64,000 nucleotides of DNA from a virus (taxonomy: Duplodnaviria > Heunggongvirae > Uroviricota > Caudoviricetes), in IMG/VR virus record IMGVR_UViG_3300028887_000066, positions 64,001 to 128,000 of that record. One strand, given 5' to 3'. The notes beneath the pieces are model-generated. The model ran no database searches. It had not been told where the DNA came from and worked only from the letters and a program-made list of their open reading frames with translations. Both the position numbers and the translations under genes were made by a program. Shown here in pieces: positions 1 to 10,757 of this stretch (position 1 is the first letter of the stretch; every line of letters starts with the position of its first letter).

Positions 1-24
1 GCAGGTAATTTTTATTCGCTCTCA

Positions 25-567
25 TTACAGGTTCTTTGTTTCGGTTACATCGCTTACAACAGCACACTTCACGGTTCTGTAATATGGTACAGTCCCCCAA
101 AGTGTATGGGCATTGTCAAAATTAACCCTTCCGTCATCAGTCACTATGAAATATTCCATATGTTCAGGATTTACCTGAAGTCCTATGTAATCGCCTCTTT
201 TTATGTCACAGCCATTTTCTTCAAGTTCCTTATTGTAGATTGTAAATTCAAATTTACCAACCTTTGCATAATACCCCTTTATGGCCGTTTTATCATATGT
301 CTTTAGCTCGTGCTTATCCAATCTATAAATGACATTAAGTTCTACAGGTGTTTTGAATATGATATTATCAAAATCCGATTCCTTATATATGTCATTCATG
401 TTTGTCTTTTCAAGATCGACTTCATACAATACAATTGTTTGGTTAAGGACATGATTCACATATTCCATGCCAATCCCTGCTTGCACATGAAACTGTTCAT
501 CAGACATAAACAGATTATTTCTGTTTATCGGGTTTTTCCTTCTTATCGTACTGTTGTCTATCTTCAT
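25..567 (-). CDS. neck/head-closure protein, T4 gp14-like
   Basis: 180 aa; 'D(I)YKES' segment after 'VLYEVD' and 'IKRGDYI' resemble gp14-type head-completion proteins; late-type motif upstream. Confidence 0.55.
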   Translation of the reverse strand: MKIDNSTIRRKNPINRNNLFMSDEQFHVQAGIGMEYVNHVLNQTIVLYEVDLEKTNMNDIYKESDFDNIIFKTPVELNVIYRLDKHELKTYDKTAIKGYYAKVGKFEFTIYNKELEENGCDIKRGDYIGLQVNPEHMEYFIVTDDGRVNFDNAHTLWGTVPYYRTVKCAVVSDVTETKNL

Positions 568-646
568 TTTCAGACACTCTTTAAGAATAAATACTTCTTT
601 TGAACTATTTATTGTATATTTGGAAAAGAAAAATCAGAATTACAAT

Positions 647-1876
647 ATGGACAATAATAGTAAGATTACAGCCGCAAAGATTGTATCCATGATGGAAAGG
701 ATGGATACGCATCAAACATATAATGCGGCGATGCTTAATGAGTCACAAATCATCCTTGAATCCACAAGGGTCACTGCTGACAGTTTCTTGGAATTCCTTA
801 CCAAGAATATGATACATAAAGGGCCGTTTGTACAACTTGGATACCTTCAGATTTATCCTACAGATACTGCCTATCCTACCGACGACTATTACAAGGCAAT
901 GTCGGATACAAGAAGTGAATTCACGGATAACTCACGAAATCTCGGAAGGTTTGATCAATATATGGACAAAGTTTCCAATAGCGAATGGAATATGCCTACA
1001 GGACGTAAAAAGCCAAATAGTGACATCAAGGCAATGAAGAATAAGCTTTATCCTTATGTACTGAAGCTCACCAACTACACACTCCATTGGCAGACATACA
1101 ATGACTACGCGAAAAAATCAAGTGACGCATACAATGAGCTTGATGCCATCAAGGGACAAATGAGCGACGATACAAGGTCTAAACTGTTTGGTGCGCCACG
1201 GGCAAAGTCAAATTCGGGATATTATCCCATCGGAGCCGCAGGAAACTATGACATTCTCACATTTGGTGATAAAGATGATAATGGTAATTATACGGCTAAA
1301 AGTCAGGAATACTTTACAGACCCAGACAATCCCGATTCAAAGGTACTGTATGACCGCACGGCAATTAGGAATTTCCTTTCTGACATCAAGCCGCAACGTC
1401 CTGTGTATTTTGGGGTCGATGAAAACGGAAATATTGACCCAATTCCAAAGTCATTAGGCAAACTTCTGTATAACCCATCCATCAGTCACGATTCAAAATT
1501 GGCACAAATAAGTGACCCGAATGAAATTGCCCTCGCAAAAAAATATTTTGACTTGGAAGACAAGAATGGCATGGCGAACAAAACATTCATTCTTCAGAAC
1601 GTCGCTTATATTTGTGGTGTGGCTACTGAAGCTGGCGGCAAGAAACGTTCTGTATATTGGGTAAATAAGAACCCGCTTTTCCTTCTTACACGTCAGAAGC
1701 AGATAAACAAGGTGAAAACCACATTCAAATACTTGTTTAACAATATGAATAATGATGAGTTACAGGAAATCATTAACAGATACGCAAGAAATGAGACCGA
1801 TGAACTGATGGCAATGGCCAACACGAATGCACAGGGTCAGACTATTTATGCAAATCCTGATGATTTGGCGGTGTAA
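647..1876 (+). CDS. hypothetical putative head-internal protein (leader MMERMD...MLNE..ILE)
   Basis: Long ORF; the ATG at 647 is preferred over the track start at 554; the leader resembles that of 47988..49874. Confidence 0.6.
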   Translation: MDNNSKITAAKIVSMMERMDTHQTYNAAMLNESQIILESTRVTADSFLEFLTKNMIHKGPFVQLGYLQIYPTDTAYPTDDYYKAMSDTRSEFTDNSRNLGRFDQYMDKVSNSEWNMPTGRKKPNSDIKAMKNKLYPYVLKLTNYTLHWQTYNDYAKKSSDAYNELDAIKGQMSDDTRSKLFGAPRAKSNSGYYPIGAAGNYDILTFGDKDDNGNYTAKSQEYFTDPDNPDSKVLYDRTAIRNFLSDIKPQRPVYFGVDENGNIDPIPKSLGKLLYNPSISHDSKLAQISDPNEIALAKKYFDLEDKNGMANKTFILQNVAYICGVATEAGGKKRSVYWVNKNPLFLLTRQKQINKVKTTFKYLFNNMNNDELQEIINRYARNETDELMAMANTNAQGQTIYANPDDLAV

Positions 1877-1895
1877 CTTATAGATATATAACAGT

Positions 1896-1929
1896 AAAAC
1901 GGTAGCATTTATTGATGTTACCGTTTTTT
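1896..1929 (+). terminator. intrinsic terminator
   Basis: aaaacggtagcat-loop-atgttaccgtttt stem followed by a T run. Confidence 0.7.
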
Positions 1930-1957
1930 ATTTGTATTTTTATAAAAACTTTATTTA

Positions 1958-3973
1958 ATGGCAAGTCTGAAAAAAAAGAATGAAATATACGAAATACTGA
2001 AAAACTACAATGGTGGAAACCCATACATCCTTATGTTAAGAAGAGATGTATTTGTTAATAATGATTTAGATGTACTGGGTGATTTTCAAATAGAATATGT
2101 AATTAAAAACCTGAATTTCAAACCATTACCGATAAATAAAATAACAAGGTTAGTTGATTGGTATGCAGAAAAGAAAAAAGTTGATTGGAAAACGGAGTTT
2201 TTACCTGAAAAGATAAAGATAGTTACCTTATTAGGTGAAACAAACTCGACATATCATTGCTATGTAAAATATCGTCAATCCGTTGACCCAGTAATGTGTT
2301 TCATCCCTAAAAGGGCAATTTTAAAAAATTTCTTGGTTAAGGACTACAAAAATTTAGAAGTGGATTTTGACAGATACGACAGACTTTCAACAGGAAAAGA
2401 CCCTAACAGGAAATTATATGAACATCAAAAGGAAGCTGTCAAATTCTTGCTTGCAAGAAAAAAATGTATTTTAGCTGATGACCAAGGTTTAGGGAAAACA
2501 ACCTCTTTGTCTGTTGCAGCAATTGAGGGTAACTTTGATTCTGTCGTGGTTATCTGTCCAGCTTCACTTAAAACAAATTGGGCAAAAGAACTTTTTTGGT
2601 ATTGCAATGAAAAAGATGTCTCCGTCATTGAATCATTCAACGATAAGAGAAAAGACGAACTTGAGGGCTTACTTGGATATTCTATTGGAAAATCAGGAAA
2701 GAAGAAGGAAGAATTGCTGTTAGAAGCGAAAGAACGCGGAAAATGGGAAGACAACCGATTCGTCATCGTAAACTATGATATTCTTGATGAATTTTATAAA
2801 ATACCAAAGAGCAGAGGTAAAGAATCGCTATCTGATGCATTCGCCCAAAGCCCGTTGCTAAGATACATTAATAATCGGAAATCACTTATTGTAATCGATG
2901 AAGCGCACAGGCTTTCAAACAGTACGGCAAATACATATAAAATAGTGAAAGACCTTATAAAAAGAGGAAACCCCGATTCAATATATCTTTCTACAGGTAC
3001 GCCTATAACTAATAACCCGCAAAACTTATATTGCCTGCTTCAGCTTTTAGATGATTCCGTTGCCGAGGACTATGACTATTATATGAAACGTTATTGTGGG
3101 GCCATTGAAATAGTCGCCCCAAAAGATAAAGAAAAACGGAATTTAATATCTGATGCCTATGTAGCGCAAAAGGGAAAAACTACTTGGTTTGCCCTTACGG
3201 ATGAGGAAAAGAAGGAGCTTGATGAGCGTATCAGGAAAAATTGCCGAATGATGACAATAGCGAAAGACGCGACGCATCTTGATGAACTGAAGGAGCGAAT
3301 TTCGCACATTTACATGAGGCGCATCAAAGAAGAATTGGGTACGATACCTGAGAAAATATATCACGATTTAAGATACGAGCTTACATACGAACAGCGTCAA
3401 GAATATAGCAGGCTTTGGGATGAATATGAGGAAGCGAAGAAAAACGAAGAACCTGAAAAGGAGCTTAACAGAGAACTATTGGAAGGCTCTATTTATAGGA
3501 AGTATCTTGCTGATCAAATGGTCGAACACACTATCAAATTCGTTAACGACCTTATATCGAAAGGCGAAAAGGTCGTGATAGCATGCTGTTATGATACCGA
3601 ATTGTATAGTTTAAGGGATTATTATGGAAATAAATGTGTAATTTATAACGGTAAGATAACGGCCAAACAAAAGGATGCCGCTATCGAAAGGTTCTATAAC
3701 GACCCTGAATGTATGGTGTTTATTGGAAATAACGTCAGTGCCTCAGTAGGAATTACATTGATAAACTCATGTAATCTTGTATGGAATTCATTCAGCTACT
3801 CAAGCGTGGATGTAAAGCAATTTCAAGACAGGATTTGCCGAATCGGGCAAAAAAGAAAATGTCACATATGGTTTCAAATGTTCTCAGATACCCAAAATGA
3901 ACATGTGTGGGATATTGTCCTAAAAAAAGAACTAATTTCAAATACGGTTATTAAGACTGAAAAGGAAAAATGA
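1958..3973 (+). CDS. SNF2-family (HARP-like) DNA helicase/translocase
   Basis: LADDQGLGKT (Walker A), DEAH, STGTP and QDRICRIGQ motifs. Confidence 0.9.
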   Translation: MASLKKKNEIYEILKNYNGGNPYILMLRRDVFVNNDLDVLGDFQIEYVIKNLNFKPLPINKITRLVDWYAEKKKVDWKTEFLPEKIKIVTLLGETNSTYHCYVKYRQSVDPVMCFIPKRAILKNFLVKDYKNLEVDFDRYDRLSTGKDPNRKLYEHQKEAVKFLLARKKCILADDQGLGKTTSLSVAAIEGNFDSVVVICPASLKTNWAKELFWYCNEKDVSVIESFNDKRKDELEGLLGYSIGKSGKKKEELLLEAKERGKWEDNRFVIVNYDILDEFYKIPKSRGKESLSDAFAQSPLLRYINNRKSLIVIDEAHRLSNSTANTYKIVKDLIKRGNPDSIYLSTGTPITNNPQNLYCLLQLLDDSVAEDYDYYMKRYCGAIEIVAPKDKEKRNLISDAYVAQKGKTTWFALTDEEKKELDERIRKNCRMMTIAKDATHLDELKERISHIYMRRIKEELGTIPEKIYHDLRYELTYEQRQEYSRLWDEYEEAKKNEEPEKELNRELLEGSIYRKYLADQMVEHTIKFVNDLISKGEKVVIACCYDTELYSLRDYYGNKCVIYNGKITAKQKDAAIERFYNDPECMVFIGNNVSASVGITLINSCNLVWNSFSYSSVDVKQFQDRICRIGQKRKCHIWFQMFSDTQNEHVWDIVLKKELISNTVIKTEKEK

Positions 3974-4179
3974 AGACAATTTATACGTTAAAGACATCAT
4001 TTATGAATGGTACTGTCACCATGATGACAGACGTTGCAAATTTCACGGATAGAAATGTCGCGGAGGAAACGGAAAAAACCGTAAAAGAAAAAAATAAGTC
4101 ACAGAACATATATACTGAAATAACGGAAACCTATCTGTATGAAAACAGGGACGAGGTTCCAATTCTAAAAGAAAATTAA
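3970..4179 (+). CDS. hypothetical protein
   Basis: ATGA overlap with the helicase stop codon; operon position. Confidence 0.6.
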   Translation: MKTIYTLKTSFMNGTVTMMTDVANFTDRNVAEETEKTVKEKNKSQNIYTEITETYLYENRDEVPILKEN

Positions 4180-4186
4180 ATTTCAC

Positions 4187-4570
4187 ATGGATGCAAATAC
4201 TGAAACGTTATCATTAGTATATATAAGCTTACTTGGTCAGAACAGTGAAGGTCTGTATGAATATGAGCTTTTTTTTTCAGACACGCCCGATATTGTATGG
4301 GGTGAAGATTGGGCAGAGCAATGTCCCGCCGCTATAGGCGATATACCACCCGATGAAAAGACAATTTCAACCGTTAAAAGGATATTGTCGCCTTACGTCA
4401 TAAAATGTGCGCAAGAAAACCCATGCTTTTCGTTCCAAGATTGCATTGACGGAATAATAAAACTTTGCTACATCGAAGTTAATGATGCCTTTATACTGAA
4501 AATCTCATTCGGTGAATCATATGATGATGTGGCTGCTAAATTAAAAAAATTCGGAATTGAACTATTATGA
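4187..4570 (+). CDS. acidic hypothetical protein (paralog 1)
   Basis: Shares LVY..G.NS...YEY...FS.TPDIVWG..W......GDI.PD with the next ORF. Confidence 0.8.
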   Translation: MDANTETLSLVYISLLGQNSEGLYEYELFFSDTPDIVWGEDWAEQCPAAIGDIPPDEKTISTVKRILSPYVIKCAQENPCFSFQDCIDGIIKLCYIEVNDAFILKISFGESYDDVAAKLKKFGIELL

Positions 4571-4992
4571 ACGAGGATGAACTTTTCCTGGTGTATGTTA
4601 ATCCTATAGGAGAAAACAGCATTGAATGGTATGAGTATGATGTCTATTTCTCAAAAACACCCGATATTGTATGGGGATATGGATGGGATTGTGAATTTGC
4701 CGCACAGGGCGACATAGAACCACCAGATAAACAGACTTATTGTTTAGTTAAGAGGTTAAAAACAAATATACCATTACAATGTGCGCAAAACAATAACAGC
4801 TATGGAATGAGATATGCCGTTGAAGACATCATATCTTTAGCTTTTGAAGATATATCAGAATATGATGAATACCCTGATGATAGAGTTGTTTTACATTTTG
4901 GGGAAACATATAGAAGCGTTGAAAATAAGTTTGCATTAAGGCATCAATTGTTTTCAGACGATATGGACATTAATAATGAGAAGCCAAGTTAA
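4567..4992 (+). CDS. acidic hypothetical protein (paralog 2)
   Basis: Tandem paralog of 4187..4570; ATGA overlap. Confidence 0.8.
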   Translation: MNEDELFLVYVNPIGENSIEWYEYDVYFSKTPDIVWGYGWDCEFAAQGDIEPPDKQTYCLVKRLKTNIPLQCAQNNNSYGMRYAVEDIISLAFEDISEYDEYPDDRVVLHFGETYRSVENKFALRHQLFSDDMDINNEKPS

Positions 4993-5014
4993 TTCCTGGC
5001 TCCTCATATTTCAT

Positions 5015-5476
5015 TTATATTCTTGTATATATTCCGTTTTTATATTTAAGATACTGTTTTCTTTGCTGTTTGTTCCTGTTATAAAGAGCGATATGTACCC
5101 ATTGTGAATTTCCGCTGAATTCATTTATATATTGGTCAAAAGCCATATTGTTATTCTTCAGCCATTTCATCACGAATGACTTAAATTCGGCTATTTTACC
5201 ATTAGCGGGTTTTATATCAGCCGCCCATCCTGTTGTATGGGCTGATGTGGAACTTCCGCCGACAGCCTTGTTTAATGCAGGACATCTGTAGCCCGAATTC
5301 ACTTTTATCCCTGAACCCCAAGCAACCCTAAGAGGCTCAAGAATCACATTTACTAATTCCTGAATATTTCCTACTATTTCCGAATTCGGTGTATTGTCTA
5401 TATTACGTTTTTCCGCAGTAGAAGACTCTATGAATTCAGACAATGTAAAATGTTCCGATAATCTTGTTAATGCCAT
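5015..5476 (-). CDS. peptidase M15 family endolysin
   Basis: LSEHFTLSEF, SGYRCPALNKAVGG, SAH..GWAADI and WVHI motifs; likely start MALTRL at 5476. Confidence 0.9.
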   Translation of the reverse strand: MALTRLSEHFTLSEFIESSTAEKRNIDNTPNSEIVGNIQELVNVILEPLRVAWGSGIKVNSGYRCPALNKAVGGSSTSAHTTGWAADIKPANGKIAEFKSFVMKWLKNNNMAFDQYINEFSGNSQWVHIALYNRNKQQRKQYLKYKNGIYTRI

Positions 5477-5501
5477 ATTTATGTTGTTTACTATTTTTCT
5501 G

Positions 5502-5509
5502 TATATTTG
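5502..5509 (+). promoter_or_regulatory. Bacteroidota-type -7 promoter element (TATATTTG) upstream of the DNA polymerase
   Basis: Matches TAnnTTTG; the same octamer occurs at 615, 23630, 56281 and 56666 upstream of + genes. Confidence 0.55.
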
Positions 5510-5583
5510 TACTAACCGTTCCGATGCCAGCCGAAATGCGGGCTTAAAACGGTATAACACTTATTTTATATAAATACTTTAAA

Positions 5584-8500
5584 ATGGAAAACGAGGTCAA
5601 GAAAATACCCCAAGAAGTAATTGAACAATTCCTTAACGGCGATGACCCGATGGAGCGTATTGTGAACTTGGACTATAAGTACCAAGACAAATTCATCACT
5701 ATCTTTTATAGGAATGAAGAGGATCAAAAATGCACAAGGCAAGAATCATTTTACCCATTTGTATGGGCTACAAGAAAGGCTTGTGAAAGGCTTTGTAATG
5801 GTGATAGGGCAAAACTTAAATCACTGATGAATTATTATCGCATAGGCGTTAAAAAGCTTAGTAATATATCAATCGACAGCACTATACGCGAAGAATTTGA
5901 GGATGGTTATATGTTCATGTTTTTTGCGAAAGACCCTATGTCGTATACGGATTTTCTGAATTTCTTTAAAAAATGCGAAAACCCCATTTATTCGGATTCT
6001 AAAGATAAAAATGGCGATAACAATAGTAGCAGGGAAAAACAATATCTTATTGTCACGCCACAAGAACAATTCCTGATTGCAACAGGAAAACGTTTTTTTA
6101 AGGGATATGACGATTATGATGAAGTCCTTAGAATGACGTTTGACTTGGAGACAACGGGTCTTAATACTAAAACCGATAAGATAGAATCTCTTGGTATCAG
6201 GACTAACAGGGGATTTCCTGGCCGTCCAAACGGCTTTGAAAAGATTTTCACCGTTACAGGAAATACGGAAGAGGAAAGAAGAAAATCAGAGCTTCAAGTA
6301 ATCGATGTAATGTTCAGAATCATCTACACCTTTAAGCCTGATGTTATTACGGCGCACAACGGTGAAAACTTTGACTGGCAAATAATCATTGATGCCTGTG
6401 AACGTCTTGGAACATCAATAGAGGAAATGTCATCAAAATACTTCAATGGTGAAAGTGTAAGAAAAGATAAAAAGGAATCCATCCTAAAACTTGGTGGCGA
6501 AATTGAGGTGTATCGTCCTACGATAGTACCGTTTACAACCGTGACAGATTCTCTTCATGCCGTAAGGCGTGCGCAAGCCATTGATTCTAATATGCAAAGG
6601 GCTGACTTGAAATATGCTACGGAATATGCAGGTCTAAAAAAGCCTAATCGTGTATATACGCCAGGTGAAAAGATCAGTGAGATTTATAATGACACGGTAA
6701 ATAAATATGCATTTAATAACCTTGACGGTGATTGGTATATCTATGATCCAAACAGCGAAAACGGAATAAAGAATGAATCTGATTTTTCAAGTCATGATGA
6801 ATATACCAAATATCTTCAGTCAATTAAAGGAAAGCAAGATGATAAACCATTTAGAATGCATACGAGAAATGTATTGTTAGATGGTTATGAAATAGTTACT
6901 GGAAAATATATCATTGAACGTTACCTTTTGGATGATATATATGAATGTGACAGGGTTGAATGGAAATATAATTCTACTAATTTCCTTATCTGTAAAATGC
7001 TTCCCGTACCATATAAAAAATGTACAACAATGGGTACGGCTGGACAGTGGAAAGCCCTGATGATGGCGTGGTCGTATAAATTTGGGCTTGCAATACCCCC
7101 GTTAAAAGACACGCAATCATTCACGGGAGGTCTTTCCCGTCTTTTACGTACAGGCTTCGTAGATAATGTAATTAAACTTGATTACAACAGCCTTTACCCA
7201 TCCATCATTCTTACTTGGGGTATATCAGATACAAACGACCTCATGAATTCAATGCTTTCTTTCCTTGAATATGTACTTACTACCCGCGAAAAATACAAAG
7301 GTGAGAAGAAGAAAGCAGATAAGCGTATTGATGCTCTAAAAGGTAAAATCAAGGATAAAACGGCCACACAGGAAGAGGTTGAAGAATACAACAAGGCCCA
7401 AGCGGATTATGCATTAGCCGATGGAAAACAGGCTCAAATGAAGGTTCTTGGAAATTCATTCTTTGGTTCATATGGTGCGTTGGTCGGTGCTATGTTTCCT
7501 TGGAAATCGGCTAAATGTGCAGAACAGACAACATGCACAGGCCGTCAGTCCCTTCGTCTAATGATTAGTTATTTCAGCACCATTAGTAGTAGATACGGGC
7601 TTGATGATGAAGATTATAATTATCAGCCTATAGTTGGTGATACCGACGGATTCAACTTTAAATTGCCGAAGAAGCATCGATACACAAAGGAAAATCCGTA
7701 CATCGGGAAAGGCTCAAACCGCGAGGTTAAACTTGGCAAAGAATATTCGGGATATGAGGCAGATGTGGCAGAGTTCAATGACCTGTTTATGAATAAGGTA
7801 TACTCTCCAAACGGAGTTCAGAAGATGGGACTCGGAATAGACGAGGTGGTTTCTTCGACCATTAATTTCTCCAGAAAGAACTATAGCGACCATTTTCCTG
7901 ATAATCCATTCCCGAAGGATGTAAAACTCGTCGGAAATACGATTAAATCAAAAAAGATGCCTGAATATATCGCAAAATTCCTGTCAGTCGGAATCAGGCA
8001 GCTTCTTCGTGGTGAAGGGCAGGCATTTCTTGATGGTTACTATGATTATATAGAGAAAATTTATAACTACAAAATCCCTCTCAGGGAAATCGCCACAAAG
8101 GGTAAGATCAAGAAAAGTATCGAACAATATCTTAAAGACGTAAAGGAGATAACGAAAGCTGGCCGCCCAAAATCTCGGCAGGCTTGGTATGAATTAGCAA
8201 TTAAGGAAGGAATTCATGTCGATAACGGCGATACTATCTATTATGTAAATACAGGTACATCGAAGTCACATTCAGACGTAAAAAAAGTAACTCACTATTT
8301 GGATTCCAACAGGAATGATATTACCAAGGATATTGAGAAAGAATACAAAATCTATCATAAATCAGGTAATAAAAGCAAATCTGATTGGCTGAAAGATACA
8401 CATCCCAATGTTACTGTGGAAGAGGAAATCATAATGAATTGTAAGCTTGTTCCTCGTAATATTATTGACAGTGACGATGATATTTTCTGCGACGAGGAAC

Positions 8501-9072
8501 TTGAATACAACACGGCAAAATACATTGATATGTTCAATAAACGTATCACTCCATTGTTAGTGTGCTTTAGTCGTAGTATTCGTGATGATATTCTTATCAA
8601 CAATCCTAATGATAGGAAATATTTCACAAGGGAGCAATGTGTACTTGTCTCAGGAGAGCCTAATAAACCAAGTGATCAGGATACGTATGAACAACTGATG
8701 ACTATGGAGGATAAGGAAATACGGTTCTGGACTAAATACAATATGATTCCACCATTCTTGGAAGAATGCAGAATGGGTAAATGGGAAGATATTGTAAAGG
8801 ACTATGAAGAAAGAATGGAACGCGATAAGCGTCTTGGTATTGATAAGGATAGGGAAACCATTACCGAAATCATTGACAAATTGTCAAACCAAGAAGTCAA
8901 TGACTTTTTGGATGATGGCGTGATACCAACGGCCATTCTAAGGATTGCCGACCTTAATCCTGTCAAATTCAGCCTTATGTCTAAAAAATATCCCGATATT
9001 GAGCTTGTTTCATTGAATGATATTATTGAAAAGCTTGAAAACAGGGAGATATTAGATGGTGAAGCCGCATAA
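5584..9072 (+). CDS. family B DNA polymerase with 3'-5' exonuclease
   Basis: ExoI FDLETTG, ExoII HNGENFD, motif A DYNSLYPSII, motif B K...NSFFG, motif C GDTDG. Confidence 0.95.
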   Translation: MENEVKKIPQEVIEQFLNGDDPMERIVNLDYKYQDKFITIFYRNEEDQKCTRQESFYPFVWATRKACERLCNGDRAKLKSLMNYYRIGVKKLSNISIDSTIREEFEDGYMFMFFAKDPMSYTDFLNFFKKCENPIYSDSKDKNGDNNSSREKQYLIVTPQEQFLIATGKRFFKGYDDYDEVLRMTFDLETTGLNTKTDKIESLGIRTNRGFPGRPNGFEKIFTVTGNTEEERRKSELQVIDVMFRIIYTFKPDVITAHNGENFDWQIIIDACERLGTSIEEMSSKYFNGESVRKDKKESILKLGGEIEVYRPTIVPFTTVTDSLHAVRRAQAIDSNMQRADLKYATEYAGLKKPNRVYTPGEKISEIYNDTVNKYAFNNLDGDWYIYDPNSENGIKNESDFSSHDEYTKYLQSIKGKQDDKPFRMHTRNVLLDGYEIVTGKYIIERYLLDDIYECDRVEWKYNSTNFLICKMLPVPYKKCTTMGTAGQWKALMMAWSYKFGLAIPPLKDTQSFTGGLSRLLRTGFVDNVIKLDYNSLYPSIILTWGISDTNDLMNSMLSFLEYVLTTREKYKGEKKKADKRIDALKGKIKDKTATQEEVEEYNKAQADYALADGKQAQMKVLGNSFFGSYGALVGAMFPWKSAKCAEQTTCTGRQSLRLMISYFSTISSRYGLDDEDYNYQPIVGDTDGFNFKLPKKHRYTKENPYIGKGSNREVKLGKEYSGYEADVAEFNDLFMNKVYSPNGVQKMGLGIDEVVSSTINFSRKNYSDHFPDNPFPKDVKLVGNTIKSKKMPEYIAKFLSVGIRQLLRGEGQAFLDGYYDYIEKIYNYKIPLREIATKGKIKKSIEQYLKDVKEITKAGRPKSRQAWYELAIKEGIHVDNGDTIYYVNTGTSKSHSDVKKVTHYLDSNRNDITKDIEKEYKIYHKSGNKSKSDWLKDTHPNVTVEEEIIMNCKLVPRNIIDSDDDIFCDEELEYNTAKYIDMFNKRITPLLVCFSRSIRDDILINNPNDRKYFTREQCVLVSGEPNKPSDQDTYEQLMTMEDKEIRFWTKYNMIPPFLEECRMGKWEDIVKDYEERMERDKRLGIDKDRETITEIIDKLSNQEVNDFLDDGVIPTAILRIADLNPVKFSLMSKKYPDIELVSLNDIIEKLENREILDGEAA

Positions 9073-9077
9073 AAACG

Positions 9078-9120
9078 AAATGAGTGAATTGATATTTGTT
9101 ATCAGTCCACTCATTTTTTT
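9078..9120. terminator. bidirectional terminator between convergent genes
   Basis: aaatgagtg...cactcattttttt inverted repeat. Confidence 0.65.
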
Positions 9121-10688
9121 TATATGGAATATTTTGTTACTGTCTTTTTTTCATATAAATAATTACTTTTAATTTCATTGTAGGTCAACGGTTCTGAATA
9201 AATTTTGAATGAGCTTATGTCCCCCACAAAACTACCCGCAAAATTCTCCTCCAACGGAAGCACCTTATTAAAACGGGCTTCATTGTTAAACCACACCATA
9301 TCACACAGACCCTGGGTTCCTCCGCCGATTGATATACTAAACGGAACCATTTCCTGTTTTGTATAATATTCATCCAAACGTGTGAAACTGAATTCATCCA
9401 TTTCTTGCGAAACAAGTTTTAAATAGCCATTTACGTAAATATATATTTTCATCTTCCTCGTACTCTTTGGCAAACCGCAATCATCAAGGTTTCCATTAAG
9501 GATTTGGAATCTTATGTGTATTGTTGACCATTCATTTTCTGATATGATATTAGGAAACGTTTTTTCTTCCTTGATAGACCATCCGTTTTCAGAGTCACAG
9601 TCTTTTACAAGATACCTGTACCCAATGCTATAATCATCATTAAGCTTCAAAGCAAAAGCATTATTCATTGTATCTTTCATTATGTCATACTTGGCATATC
9701 CTGTTTGACCGCTTAATGTGGAAATGTAACTATCTATTGTATCAACCGTATATCCGCTTTTTGTGTGATTCATCAGAAGAAACATATTTTCATCTATGTC
9801 ATTTCTTTCCATTTGAAGCACCACATCTGTATTTTCATCCCAAGTATCTACGGTGAAACCGTTTTTTGTATGATTGAACAGCAGATATTTGTTATCTGTT
9901 TCGATTTCCTTTAATGGAATTTTGGAAATATCATTACCTTCTGAATCAGTGATTGTCACCCCTGAATACATTATATCTTCCGTATATCCCGAAAGTGTTC
10001 TATTTGGATAATTTGAAATGTCCGCTCCGTTAAGTATAGCAAACTTATTTTCGGCTCTTGCGCCCATGTAGAAGAAAATACCGCTGTTATTCGGATGTAC
10101 AGAATTAAGTGTATTTCCCGACACAATGTATTTGTTCGGTCTCATGGTAAATTCCACATGCATCGAATTATCTATATATTGGGGCAGAATCTGATAGTCA
10201 AAGCCATCCATCATAAACACACCCTGTAAAAATCCGCCTTTTAATGAGATATACTTGTGTCTAAAATATTCATAATCATATGAATATTGTTTTGTATTTC
10301 CATCTACAGGAAATACGTGCATTTTTGTATCTCCACTTGTAAACGTCAAGCTTGACTTTGTTAATATATTATATAATTCGTCGTCTGTTATTGTATCCTT
10401 GTTAAACTTTAACAGACCATTGTCAATCCCCGTCAGACCAATATCCTTCAATTCAACACCATCATTATACGCCCCGTCCCACTTATAATTATCAAGTGAG
10501 ACAAATGTATCCCCACTTACACATTCATCTAAGGTGAAATTGATGTATCCTGACAAACCATTTTCTGTAAACTTGTCGGTAACGGCAATATCATCTGGAT
10601 TGCTTTGTGTAAGTACAAAATCATAATATCTATCTCTTATTGTAATAAGGAGATGCTTGAATTTCTTGTATTTGTTGAGAATGGACAT
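9120..10688 (-). CDS. virion structural protein with C-terminal LamG/concanavalin A-like domain
   Basis: W..I...KIYIYVNG...SIGGG...FVGDISSFKIYSEPLTYNEI is typical of LamG; late-type motif upstream. Confidence 0.65.
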   Translation of the reverse strand: MSILNKYKKFKHLLITIRDRYYDFVLTQSNPDDIAVTDKFTENGLSGYINFTLDECVSGDTFVSLDNYKWDGAYNDGVELKDIGLTGIDNGLLKFNKDTITDDELYNILTKSSLTFTSGDTKMHVFPVDGNTKQYSYDYEYFRHKYISLKGGFLQGVFMMDGFDYQILPQYIDNSMHVEFTMRPNKYIVSGNTLNSVHPNNSGIFFYMGARAENKFAILNGADISNYPNRTLSGYTEDIMYSGVTITDSEGNDISKIPLKEIETDNKYLLFNHTKNGFTVDTWDENTDVVLQMERNDIDENMFLLMNHTKSGYTVDTIDSYISTLSGQTGYAKYDIMKDTMNNAFALKLNDDYSIGYRYLVKDCDSENGWSIKEEKTFPNIISENEWSTIHIRFQILNGNLDDCGLPKSTRKMKIYIYVNGYLKLVSQEMDEFSFTRLDEYYTKQEMVPFSISIGGGTQGLCDMVWFNNEARFNKVLPLEENFAGSFVGDISSFKIYSEPLTYNEIKSNYLYEKKTVTKYSI

Positions 10689-10757
10689 CTTATTTTAATT
10701 TTACCATATATGATAAATATCAAGCATCAAGTATTTATATAATAAAATGGCTAATTT

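Noticed and set aside
1970-1978. A8 run at the start of the helicase as a phase-variation or frameshift site
   Set aside because: The ORF is in frame and no alternative frame is evident; Lys-rich starts are common here
7440-7660. PolB motif variants (NSFFG, VGDTDG) as a sign of modified-base replication
   Set aside because: Catalytic Asp/Lys/Asn residues are intact and the substitutions are conservative; no supporting nucleotide-modification genes in the window
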